Origin: Clostridia bacterium
Lineage (GTDB): Bacteria > Bacillota > Clostridia > TANB77 > CAG-508
Assembly: GCA_045643465.1 (NCBI GenBank)
Contig: JAZUKV010000033.1
Location: 24,295 to 88,294 of the forward strand
DNA: 64,000 nucleotides
Reading direction: 5' to 3'
Positions 27,446 through 36,655 of the stretch are shown piece by piece. The position numbers and the translations under genes were made by a program. Position 1 is the first letter of the stretch; each line of letters starts with the position of its first letter. The notes beneath the pieces were generated by a model that did no database searches, had not been told where the DNA came from, and saw only the letters and a list, made by a program, of their open reading frames with translations.

Positions 27446-29107
27446 ATGACAAGAGACGAGTTAGAAGAACAAATAAGAAGCGTATTAAGTAAAAAATTAT
27501 CACAAGAACAAATGACAAGAGGAAAAATAAGTGAAGAAAATGTGGCTATTATAGCAGACAGAATAGTAAGTGCTATGGGACCAGAACTTGAAAAATATAT
27601 ATCAGAAGTTGAAATTGAAAGGACTTCTAATCCAGATGAATTTGCTGAAAAAGTAATTGAGAGCAAAATAGAATACGGTTATTATGGCGACAGGAGTGGT
27701 TATCACAAGGATGATGGTACTAGCTCTAGTTTTACAACACCAGTATATGGAAACTTAGAACCAGGAAACTATCATTATGATTATGTTGTCTATTCAGATT
27801 TATCTAGTGAAGAAAACGAAGAAAAGAACTTACCAGATTTTTCAATGAATGGATTACAAGTTGCTATTGTTGACAGAATTGATGATTATGCTTCAGGAAC
27901 AGCAATTCAAATATATATACCAGAAGAGAGAGAATACGAAGTTGTAAGTTATAAAGAAATGAAAGAAATTGCTGAGAAGGAAAAAAGAACACCATTTGTT
28001 AAATTAGTAAATCAATTAATGCTAAAAATGGAAGCATCATTAATAGTAGAAGGGTCAGAAGGATACAGAAACTATACTGATTTTGGAAGAAGAATATTGA
28101 GTGAAATAATGGGAACAGACGAATATATGACTGGTGCAACAGAAACTAGCGAAAGTGAAATTAATAAAGATAACTGTTTTACTATTGGAATGTTGAAGGG
28201 TGAATATTCTGAAACATATAGTTATGATAAGAAAATGGATTGTGATATTGCATTTGAACAATATCTTGATATAGAGTTGTTAGAAAATGATAAAGTTAGA
28301 TTAATGGTTAGAACTATGGACTATGATGAAACTAGAGCTGATGAAGATATGGAAAGAAATTATTATCCAGTAAGTGTGGTAGTTTCTATAGAAGAATTAC
28401 AGAAGTTTTCTGATTCTTTACCAGGATTGTATCCAAAGCTTCCTGAGGGAATGATTGCTAATGAACAGTTTTTCAATGATAATGGAAGATTTTCTGAAGA
28501 TGAAGTTAGAGAGTTTTTGAAACAAAAATATGTACCAGGACAATTCTTAGATATTGGTGAGTATAAACATGGAGACAAATATATAAATATTCCAAATGAA
28601 ATGGTAACCGAGCTAACAGCTGATATGTATGAACAATATAAAGAAAATTTAGTTGAGGTGTCTATACCATACTCAGTTAAAAAAATAGATAAAGGAACTT
28701 TTTCTAATTGTCCTAAATTAAAAACTGTAATAATGTTTGATATTCCAGAAGTGAAGAATCCTTTCGAATTATTTGAAAACTGTAATGAATTGGATAAAAT
28801 ACTTATTGTACCACAAGAGGCAAGCAAATTTTATAGAAAAGAAAATGATCTTCATGAAAATTTATCTATTGGACAAAGTATTAGACAAAATGAAAATGGA
28901 GAAATGGTAACGACTTACCATGTGTTAGATTGTAATTTTGAAAAAAAATGTAGTTTAAAGGAGATTAATAAGCCTAAACATGATATTTCAGATGTTACAG
29001 AGGTAATTTCTGATAGAAGAAAAGAGAGCATTAATGGAGTTGTTAATGAAATTGTTAAAGCTACGCGTGATACTGAGAAAGACGTTAAAGAATCACAAGA
29101 AATATAA
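27446..29107 (+). CDS. Orphan acidic protein A (553 aa) with a C-terminal BspA-type leucine-rich repeat
   Basis: Strong SD. VSIPYSVKKIDKGTFSNCPKLKTVIM...FENCNELDKILIV fits the LRR_5 pattern. No signal peptide and no NTPase motif seen. Confidence 0.8.
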   Translation: MTRDELEEQIRSVLSKKLSQEQMTRGKISEENVAIIADRIVSAMGPELEKYISEVEIERTSNPDEFAEKVIESKIEYGYYGDRSGYHKDDGTSSSFTTPVYGNLEPGNYHYDYVVYSDLSSEENEEKNLPDFSMNGLQVAIVDRIDDYASGTAIQIYIPEEREYEVVSYKEMKEIAEKEKRTPFVKLVNQLMLKMEASLIVEGSEGYRNYTDFGRRILSEIMGTDEYMTGATETSESEINKDNCFTIGMLKGEYSETYSYDKKMDCDIAFEQYLDIELLENDKVRLMVRTMDYDETRADEDMERNYYPVSVVVSIEELQKFSDSLPGLYPKLPEGMIANEQFFNDNGRFSEDEVREFLKQKYVPGQFLDIGEYKHGDKYINIPNEMVTELTADMYEQYKENLVEVSIPYSVKKIDKGTFSNCPKLKTVIMFDIPEVKNPFELFENCNELDKILIVPQEASKFYRKENDLHENLSIGQSIRQNENGEMVTTYHVLDCNFEKKCSLKEINKPKHDISDVTEVISDRRKESINGVVNEIVKATRDTEKDVKESQEI

Positions 29108-29124
29108 TAACTAAGGAGTAAAAT

Positions 29125-29454
29125 ATGGTAAGTGTAGAATTTAGAGAGAGCATTACTGAAATTTTGGAGATATTAAATCATATGGAGAAACGTTATACAG
29201 ATAAGATTCCTAAAAAGTTTATGTCATTTTTAGAAGAAAATAAGTCTACTGCCTATGAGCCTAATTTTGATCATTCAAGAAAACTAAGTGAATTGAATTT
29301 AAAGGAAAAGACAAAAGACTTTTTGGCAATTATGTATATTAAATATTGGTGCTCTCTAGAAGAAAAAGCAAAGTATGAAGATTCCCTTATAGAAAATGAA
29401 AGAAGATATCAAGAAAAAATAAAAAGATTATATAATGTTACTAATAATTTTTAA
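29125..29454 (+). CDS. Small partner protein a (109 aa), paralogous to 32195-32635
   Basis: SD (aaggag). It shares a DKIP...(D/A)YEP...D motif and overall spacing with protein b. Confidence 0.75.
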   Translation: MVSVEFRESITEILEILNHMEKRYTDKIPKKFMSFLEENKSTAYEPNFDHSRKLSELNLKEKTKDFLAIMYIKYWCSLEEKAKYEDSLIENERRYQEKIKRLYNVTNNF

Positions 29455-29461
29455 TTATAAA

Positions 29462-29505
29462 AGAAACTCAAAACAAGTAATGATACGGCTTTGAGCTTCT
29501 TTTTG
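29462..29505 (+). terminator. Candidate terminator
   Basis: agaaactcaaa...tttgagcttct (one mismatch) followed by a T-run. Confidence 0.5.
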
Positions 29506-29575
29506 GCTATACATAGAGTATTGTTTACAAATAAATTTATATGGTATAATGAATGTGTGGTTAAGGAGGTTTAGT

Positions 29576-29614
29576 TTGAAAGAAATGAACTTTCTTTGCT
29601 ATATGTGCCTTTGA
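29576..29614 (+). CDS. 12-codon uORF (TTG start), or the displaced true start of protein B
   Basis: The only strong SD in the region (aaggagg) lies 6 nt upstream. It reads MKEMNFLCYMCL and overlaps the B frame out of frame. Confidence 0.3.
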   Translation: MKEMNFLCYMCL

Positions 29615-32217
29615 GCGAAGTGAGAAAGGAATGTGAGTTTTCTATGAATGTAAGTAAAATGTTTAATTATATGAATAGGCTACCAATAGAATTAGACAGA
29701 CTTTTAGAGGAAATAAATAAATTAAATTCTGGAAAGTTAAATTATTCTATCCAAGAGCTACAATCACTTGATTTATCATCGGATAAAAGTGAAAATTTCA
29801 GAATTTTAACGGAGACAAATGAGTATCTAGGATTGTGCAATGCTTATTTTTCAGAGAATCGACCTGGAAACTCACGTGCAAGAAATGCATATGGAGAGTA
29901 TTTAGATAAGAAAAACTTAAGCGATGATGTAGATATTGACATTTCTGATTTAAAAAATAAAGTATTTACGTTAGCGGATTTATCGTTTAAAGCAAATAAG
30001 TTAACAAAGGTAATTTGCGAAAATACTATTGATGTTTTAGAAGGTAAAAGAATAAATTCAGATGGTGCGGATGTAAAAAATCCTGAACTTAAATACGTAA
30101 TTGAAGAATTGCAAGATATATATATAAATTCTAATGAAGAAAAATATCGTAGAAATTCTGTTGAGGACCAATTATCAGGTTTAGTTGAAAAACTTAAGGT
30201 GAAAAAAAATAATGCTTGGAGAAAGAATTTTGACCCTTCTCTTTCTGATGAAAAGGCAATAGATCTGTTATTTAATGACTTGTGTTGTATTTGGAATATT
30301 AGAGATGTATTGTACGAAGTGAAAACTCAGCTAAACACGGAGTTAATTAGATGTTTAATTGAAGATAATTATACAGAATTTAAAAATTGGGGATTTGCGA
30401 AAGATGAAAATGGCAAATTAGTATTTAATTTTGATTCGAAGCAAGTTGCTGAGAGATATGGATATCATATACCGGAAAAAATGCAGGATAGAGTCTTAAG
30501 TGAGCAATTAATTAAAGAATATGAAAATGGTAATGTTCCGTACATATTAGATTTTACGAGCATAATCAGAAAAAACAATCTTGATAGAATTGTAAATAAT
30601 TTGGGCTATGATGGAAGGGAATTCTTGAGTCAGTACCGACCAAGAGCTGTAGATTTATTGACGAGTATTGATTTAGAAAATTACAATCAAGCTAATTATG
30701 AGAAGATAAACGAACTATATTTATTGGGAAAGTTCATGTCAGAAGGCTTATACAATCGAATTCAGAAGGATCATCCAGAACTTGAAAAGAACTGTAAAAT
30801 ATTAAAAGAATGGGTTAATCCATCAAAAGATAGTAAATTTGACCTATCAGAATTAAAAAAACAAGCTTATCACACAAAATATGAAGAGTATCTTAAAGGT
30901 AAGATAGAAGAGATTCTAATGGGGACAGGTGATAGTAATGGAAGAATTTATATTCAAAGTGGAAATAATTTGGATATACAAGCATCAATATATGCATTAA
31001 AAAAGCATATGAAGGATAATTTTCAAAAGAATATTGATGTTTATAAAATAGATGCTGGTGAGCAAATTGAAGGTAGAGGATTATACTTAGATGCTGGAAG
31101 ATTAGAAGGCATTGAAGGTTATGTTAAAAATGTGAAAAATTACGAAAAAATCCCCGTAGTAAGAGTTATAAATGCAAATATTTTAAGAGCACAAAAGTCG
31201 ACTTGTGGAGTATTAAAGCAGTATGGTATTTATGTACCGGACAAAATTGTTCAATATGCAGATGGCGTACATGTTGAAAAGATTCTATTGGCAAGACATG
31301 GTGTAAATGTATGCCGATACTTATCGAATAAAAAATTATTTGATTTTGCTGAAGAAAGAAGAGCAGATGGTACATATTTATTTGATACGGAACTTACAGA
31401 CGAGGAGCTAAAAAAATATTCTACAATACCAAAAAAAGGTAAAGGTCAAGCGGTTGACTTAATTGCAGAATGTGACAAAAGGGAAAAAATGATTAGAAGA
31501 GATGTAAAGTATATTGCTAATAATACGTATACTATACATACAAAAGAAGGAGATAAATATTTAGCTATTGCAGATCACCATGTAAACAATGGTGCTATGA
31601 TTTCATACTCGTTAGGATGTGATTATTATTTATCTGTAGCGGATAATCCTGCAGAATTTGATAAAACTCAAAATTATTATATACCGGGCCGTGCGACGTT
31701 TGCGGTTAATGCTAATCCAAGAAAAGGTGATGGAACATTGCCTGAACAGCTGATAGAATGGTGCAAACAATTAAGAGATGATGGTAAAAATGATAAATTT
31801 AAGATGTATACCGTTGCAAGAGATTGGTCAAGTGGAATTACAAGAAAAGAAGGTACAGAGGAAAAGCCTTTTGTAAAAAAGACCAAAGATCAAGTTGTAT
31901 TTGGAGGACGAAAAACGCCGCATTTATTTGTTACATTTAATGATAACAAAAAAAGTGGAGATAATTTGAAAGATGAAATAATTGCTGCTTTGTTGGATGA
32001 AATTAGAGGTAAAAACAAAATTGAGAAGACAAATCCTATGTTTCTTATGAATACAAGTGTAGGTAATATGAATCTTGCTAATGCTAAAGATTTAATGTAT
32101 AGTATTATAAATAGTTTTGAGACAGAGCTAACAATGGAAGAGCAACAAGTTAAAGTTATTGAGGCTATTGCTAAAGAAAAGGGAGAGGTTGATCATGGTA
32201 GTATCATTCAAAAGTAA
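29596..32217 (+). CDS. Orphan protein B (about 857-873 aa), no family recognised
   Basis: Long ORF. Candidate starts are TTG 29596 (no SD), ATG 29644 (weak SD), or 29576 if a 1-nt indel is corrected. It has its own TATAAT promoter at about 29545. Confidence 0.8.
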   Translation: MLYVPLSEVRKECEFSMNVSKMFNYMNRLPIELDRLLEEINKLNSGKLNYSIQELQSLDLSSDKSENFRILTETNEYLGLCNAYFSENRPGNSRARNAYGEYLDKKNLSDDVDIDISDLKNKVFTLADLSFKANKLTKVICENTIDVLEGKRINSDGADVKNPELKYVIEELQDIYINSNEEKYRRNSVEDQLSGLVEKLKVKKNNAWRKNFDPSLSDEKAIDLLFNDLCCIWNIRDVLYEVKTQLNTELIRCLIEDNYTEFKNWGFAKDENGKLVFNFDSKQVAERYGYHIPEKMQDRVLSEQLIKEYENGNVPYILDFTSIIRKNNLDRIVNNLGYDGREFLSQYRPRAVDLLTSIDLENYNQANYEKINELYLLGKFMSEGLYNRIQKDHPELEKNCKILKEWVNPSKDSKFDLSELKKQAYHTKYEEYLKGKIEEILMGTGDSNGRIYIQSGNNLDIQASIYALKKHMKDNFQKNIDVYKIDAGEQIEGRGLYLDAGRLEGIEGYVKNVKNYEKIPVVRVINANILRAQKSTCGVLKQYGIYVPDKIVQYADGVHVEKILLARHGVNVCRYLSNKKLFDFAEERRADGTYLFDTELTDEELKKYSTIPKKGKGQAVDLIAECDKREKMIRRDVKYIANNTYTIHTKEGDKYLAIADHHVNNGAMISYSLGCDYYLSVADNPAEFDKTQNYYIPGRATFAVNANPRKGDGTLPEQLIEWCKQLRDDGKNDKFKMYTVARDWSSGITRKEGTEEKPFVKKTKDQVVFGGRKTPHLFVTFNDNKKSGDNLKDEIIAALLDEIRGKNKIEKTNPMFLMNTSVGNMNLANAKDLMYSIINSFETELTMEEQQVKVIEAIAKEKGEVDHGSIIQK

Positions 32218-32635
32218 AAATACATATTCAGAGGTTTTTGAATTATTGAAATATGTTGATAGAAATGATTTAGATAAAATACCAATAGATATTTTAAATG
32301 CGATAAAAGATAACAGAAATAAAGATTATGAACCGAAAATTGATTTTAGTAATTTAAAGAATTGTATAAGCGACGAAGCGGCAGCTCTTTATGTAGGATT
32401 ATGTAAAAAGTACATAGTTCAAGATAAGAGCGAGATTCAGGGTATTAATAAGGTATTATATGAAAATGAAATAAAGAAAAATGCAAAGACGGATTATGCT
32501 GTTTTTCATACTGAAGATGAAAGTAAGAATGAAAGTACTGAGTCGTTAGTGGTGTACAAAGAGAGCTCTATACGTAAAATTATAAATAGATTGAAATCTA
32601 TATTTAGAAGCGGAGGGAAAAAGCGTGGCAATTAA
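32195..32635 (+). CDS. Small partner protein b (146 aa), paralogous to 29125-29454
   Basis: SD (gggagagg) plus ATG at 32195, overlapping the end of B by 23 nt. It carries the DKIP...DYEP motif. Confidence 0.75.
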   Translation: MVVSFKSKNTYSEVFELLKYVDRNDLDKIPIDILNAIKDNRNKDYEPKIDFSNLKNCISDEAAALYVGLCKKYIVQDKSEIQGINKVLYENEIKKNAKTDYAVFHTEDESKNESTESLVVYKESSIRKIINRLKSIFRSGGKKRGN

Positions 32636-33506
32636 TTTTGATTATTACAAAACATTTTATTATGTAGCAAAATATAAAAAGATATCGTTAGCTGCAGAGA
32701 AGCTTTATGTTTCTCAACCGGCAATAACACAGACAATACAGAAGCTTGAAGATCAGCTAGGAAGCAACTTGTTTACTAGAACAAAAACGGGTATGGAGCT
32801 GACTGAAGTCGGAAAGAAACTATATGAGTTTACAAGTCAGAGTGTTGAGGTTTTAGATAATGTTGAATACAGATTTAGTAAATATGAAAATCTCGAAGAG
32901 GGTGAGGTTCGTATAAGAACAGGTAGCAATGTTGCGAAAATGATTTTATACGATGCCATTGAGAAGTTTGGTAAAGATTATCCAAATATTAAAATCGAAA
33001 TTGCAACAGGTGCCCCAAATCAATCAGTAGAGATGCTTCATACAGGCGAAATTGATATGGTACTAGTATATTTACCATATGAGCTAGAATATAGCAATTT
33101 ACAGGTTACAGAGTGCGCCAAAAAGGAATATCTTTTTGCTATGAGTAAGAAATATCAAGAAGATAACAATGTTGTAATAAACGAGATTACGGATTTAAAC
33201 AAGTATTCACTAATAATACCAAAAAAGAATTCAGCAACGAGAAAAATATTTGATAGCTACTACAAGGATTACATAACTTCATATCATTACGAAGTTGCTC
33301 AAGAGCAAATGAAAAAAGAGTTTATTAAGAGGGATATGGGGATAGGTTTTATCATCAAAGATGAAGTAAAAGAAGAACTAAAAAGTGGCGAAATTGTTGA
33401 GATTGAACTACCAAATATGAATGTTGAAGGTGCTATAGGTGCTATTACTTTTAATCATAAGTTAAACAGTTTTGCAACAAATAAATTATTGCAATATATG
33501 AAGTAA
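32625..33506 (+). CDS. LysR-family transcriptional regulator
   Basis: The N-terminal HTH reads FYYVAKYKKISLAAEKLYVSQPAITQTIQKLEDQLG. GTG start with a ggaggg SD, overlapping the end of b by 11 nt. Confidence 0.9.
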   Translation: MAINFDYYKTFYYVAKYKKISLAAEKLYVSQPAITQTIQKLEDQLGSNLFTRTKTGMELTEVGKKLYEFTSQSVEVLDNVEYRFSKYENLEEGEVRIRTGSNVAKMILYDAIEKFGKDYPNIKIEIATGAPNQSVEMLHTGEIDMVLVYLPYELEYSNLQVTECAKKEYLFAMSKKYQEDNNVVINEITDLNKYSLIIPKKNSATRKIFDSYYKDYITSYHYEVAQEQMKKEFIKRDMGIGFIIKDEVKEELKSGEIVEIELPNMNVEGAIGAITFNHKLNSFATNKLLQYMK

Positions 33507-33515
33507 AAATGTGGT

Positions 33516-33559
33516 GGATACCATTTATAAGTTAAGCTTATAGATGGTATTCTTTTTTT
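33516..33559 (+). terminator. Rho-independent terminator
   Basis: gataccatttataag...cttatagatggtat followed by T7. Confidence 0.65.
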
Positions 33560-33627
33560 GTATTTTACGAGAGGCAGGGAATATGCTAATATTATTATGT
33601 AAATAAAAAGAAGGGAATTTATTTGAT

Positions 33628-35850
33628 ATGGAAAAGTATGAAAATAAAACAAATGAAGAAATAGAATTTAAGAAGTACTTAGAAGAGTTTGAATTTAATC
33701 AAATGCATAGTAATAAAAGAATCTATGATGAAGATAATGACGAGGTTGAATATTTTGATGATGTAGATGAGGATGCTAGACATCAACTAATACATCAGGA
33801 GAGTAAGATAGGTCAAAGAGTATGCGAGACGAAGCTTTTTATTGATGAGAATATAGATTTCTTTAATTATGACACCAAAGGCCATAGCAAAGCAGATTGT
33901 GACACTAAAGATTCTTGTATGTTTTGGGCGTTATCAATGTACTGTGGCGGATGTGAATTTAATGAAAAAATATTTTTCAAAGCCTTTGAATTAATGGAAA
34001 ATAATGATATAGTGTATTTTTTATCGCATGAAGATGTTAATCATTTTTGTGACAATATTGACTTTGTAAAGAAAATGATAGAGCATTCAGGTGCGCCTAT
34101 AGAAGTATTTTCTTCAATACCAGAAAGCTCAATTAGAAAATACTTAAACAGTAAGGATACAATGCAAATGTTGTATGATATGGATGATGTTAAGTCTAAG
34201 TTCAACGGAGCTGAAATACTATCAATCTTATTGGTTCAAGTGAAAAAAATAAAAGAATTATCAGAAGACAAAGAATTTTTAATTAATTTGATGAAAAATA
34301 TCAGAGCAATTGAAAAAATGGATGATAAATCAAATTATCTGATTTCAGGAACTATTGTCGGTATATTATCTAATATAGATAAAAAATTTTTTGCAGATAG
34401 AAATAATATAGAGGCTGTATTAAGCTTTTTTGAGGATTCAAAATATGAATTTTTATTTTTAGAGGATAGCGAGAAGGAAGAATTTTTTGATAGAGTTGTA
34501 AGTAATCCAGAGATGGCTAATGATAAGGAATTAGCATATAGATATATGTCAGTTTTTGATAGAAATGAAGGAGTAAATCCAAAGTTATATGAAGATGAAG
34601 AGTTTTTATTAAGAGTTTTGAATAACATACATGGAGCATCTTTTAGTAATATTGAAATACCTCACAGTCTATACAAGAATGAGGAAATATTGAGTAAGTA
34701 CATACACAGCAAAGATTTTTTGACGAACAAACTATTTTATGATTTTGATAATGATGTGCTTAAGAAGCTATTCAATGAGTACTATGGATATAGTATGGAA
34801 TACAGCGTTAGAAGTTTTATTGAATATTTAATAGAGAAAAAGCAATCAATAGTTGTATGCGGTGATGACGATACAAATATTGAAGAGGCGGTTAACATTA
34901 TACAAGCATGGGCTGAAGATAAAGACCTAGTTAAAATTGGACATAAAATAAATGTTATAAAAAGTACTGATAATAAAATACAAGAGAATCACTTAAATAT
35001 TGTGACTGGTGAAAATGGAAAATGTATGGGAAATAAGGAATATAATGAAGAAACGCTTGTATTGGACGGTAATAAAATATTGGAAACTTTAAAAATACTT
35101 GGGTTAGATACACGATTAGATATATATAAAATGCATGAACAATGTGAAGCTATGATTGAAAAAATTAATCAAGAAAGTAAAGAGCGAAAAATAATACCTA
35201 GAGATATTATTTATGCTGTGAATAATTCAGATTTAACAAACGGAGGGAAGAACCTCGTAGATATAAAATATCGAAGAGGATGTGATCCATATATTATTGT
35301 TTCAGTACCTCATCCTGAATATAGAAATGAGTATATTACTGAAAAAATCGATTGCAGAGAATTATATGAAATTATTAGAATTGCTAATGAAAATTCTTAT
35401 GAAGAAGGAATCGAAAAATTAAATAAAATTGCTGATGAAGGAATTAATGAGATTGTACCGATAGATAACTGGGCATCAAAAATAAGATTTAAAACCAAAG
35501 AAAATATTAAAAAAATAATTGGAACTATTGGAGAAGGCGATGATTCTCCATATGTAATTAAAAATGATATCCAAGATTCTGAAGAAGATTATCAATATGA
35601 AGTAATTATGCCACGCGAAGTTTTGGATGAAGAGTTTGGAACGGATAGCATTATATTAAAGTATGGTGAAATCAAAATGAATAAAGAGCAATTAGAGAGA
35701 TTAAATCAGAAACAAAAAGAAGTACAAAATATTATGATGAAGGCTCAAGAAAAAAAGTATATGGAAAAAAAAGTTGATGAGGCTAAAGATTTATTAAATC
35801 AATATGAAGATTTAACTGGAAATAAGAATAAGACATTTGATGGAGAGTAG
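33628..35850 (+). CDS. Orphan acidic protein C (740 aa), helical-repeat-like, no family recognised
   Basis: Long ORF. Has a Cys-rich N-terminal segment and repeated EFL(I/L)..(M/L)(K/N)N-type helices. No NTPase motif. Confidence 0.8.
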   Translation: MEKYENKTNEEIEFKKYLEEFEFNQMHSNKRIYDEDNDEVEYFDDVDEDARHQLIHQESKIGQRVCETKLFIDENIDFFNYDTKGHSKADCDTKDSCMFWALSMYCGGCEFNEKIFFKAFELMENNDIVYFLSHEDVNHFCDNIDFVKKMIEHSGAPIEVFSSIPESSIRKYLNSKDTMQMLYDMDDVKSKFNGAEILSILLVQVKKIKELSEDKEFLINLMKNIRAIEKMDDKSNYLISGTIVGILSNIDKKFFADRNNIEAVLSFFEDSKYEFLFLEDSEKEEFFDRVVSNPEMANDKELAYRYMSVFDRNEGVNPKLYEDEEFLLRVLNNIHGASFSNIEIPHSLYKNEEILSKYIHSKDFLTNKLFYDFDNDVLKKLFNEYYGYSMEYSVRSFIEYLIEKKQSIVVCGDDDTNIEEAVNIIQAWAEDKDLVKIGHKINVIKSTDNKIQENHLNIVTGENGKCMGNKEYNEETLVLDGNKILETLKILGLDTRLDIYKMHEQCEAMIEKINQESKERKIIPRDIIYAVNNSDLTNGGKNLVDIKYRRGCDPYIIVSVPHPEYRNEYITEKIDCRELYEIIRIANENSYEEGIEKLNKIADEGINEIVPIDNWASKIRFKTKENIKKIIGTIGEGDDSPYVIKNDIQDSEEDYQYEVIMPREVLDEEFGTDSIILKYGEIKMNKEQLERLNQKQKEVQNIMMKAQEKKYMEKKVDEAKDLLNQYEDLTGNKNKTFDGE

Positions 35851-35862
35851 TTGGAGGCAAAA

Positions 35863-36117
35863 ATGGAAAATGAATTCAGAAAAAAATTAAGAATGAGAAA
35901 ACAATATGATATTGTTAAAATTCTTGATGCTCAAAGAAATATTGATATAAATATAAATGATGAGTCAAAAGTACATAGTATTTTAAATAAATTAACAGCT
36001 GAGGAAAGAAAAGTACTTGCACAGTTGTATGATAATCAAATATTTGAATTAAAAAGCGTATTTAAAGACTATAAGAATCGAATTATAACGGAAAGAAAAC
36101 AACTTGGTGTTATATAA
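35863..36117 (+). CDS. Small partner protein c (84 aa)
   Basis: A ggagg SD lies 5 nt before the ATG at 35863, immediately after the stop codon of C. Confidence 0.7.
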   Translation: MENEFRKKLRMRKQYDIVKILDAQRNIDININDESKVHSILNKLTAEERKVLAQLYDNQIFELKSVFKDYKNRIITERKQLGVI

Positions 36118-36143
36118 CAGATTACTTGTTGTATCACAATAAG

Positions 36144-36176
36144 AGAAGGAGGGATTTTTCCCTCCTTTTCTTTTAC
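36144..36176. terminator. Bidirectional terminator
   Basis: gaaggaggga-ttttt-ccctcctt followed by a T-rich run. Confidence 0.65.
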
Positions 36177-36235
36177 AGTAATGATAAACGTATCAGCGAC
36201 AAAATTATCTACAACGTTTTTATCATGTCTAAGGT

Positions 36236-36613
36236 CTATTCATTTTTATCTTTATCGTTCTTTACACTTGCGACACCTTTTGTAATCTCTTCAGCCATTG
36301 TTCTTGCAGTTTTCGATACAGTAGGAGTCATTTTTTCAATTCCTTCCTGAGCAACAGGCATAACTTGTTGTGTATGGAATGCAATAAGTTCTCTTTTTTT
36401 AGAAGTCATATAGATAAATCCTGAAAACATAAGCGAAGAAATAATAACAAAAGGACCAAAGGTAATACCAAAACCTCCAGGAGATATTGTATTTCTTTTG
36501 TTAGATAGTTTTGAGCATTCTTTTTCCAATGTAGTTATTTTCGAATCAACTTCGGAATACCTATCACTAAAAGACTTATCATCTCTCCATATTTTATTTT
36601 TTTCTATTTTCAT
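36236..36613 (-). CDS. Hypothetical single-pass membrane protein (125 aa)
   Basis: ORF with a central hydrophobic segment, GFGITFGPFVIISSLMFSGFIYM. No SD is visible. Confidence 0.55.
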   Translation of the reverse strand: MKIEKNKIWRDDKSFSDRYSEVDSKITTLEKECSKLSNKRNTISPGGFGITFGPFVIISSLMFSGFIYMTSKKRELIAFHTQQVMPVAQEGIEKMTPTVSKTARTMAEEITKGVASVKNDKDKNE

Positions 36614-36655
36614 TGGTCTGTATTAAAAAATAGATTAAAAAAAGAAGGTAGTGAA

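Noticed and set aside
31570-31584. ADHH in protein B as a DHH phosphoesterase motif III
   Set aside because: The putative motifs I, II and IV are weak. The spacing from a DxD-like site to DHH is about 190 aa, versus about 50-60 aa in NrnA/RecJ-type DHH proteins. Chance cannot be excluded, so no domain call was made.
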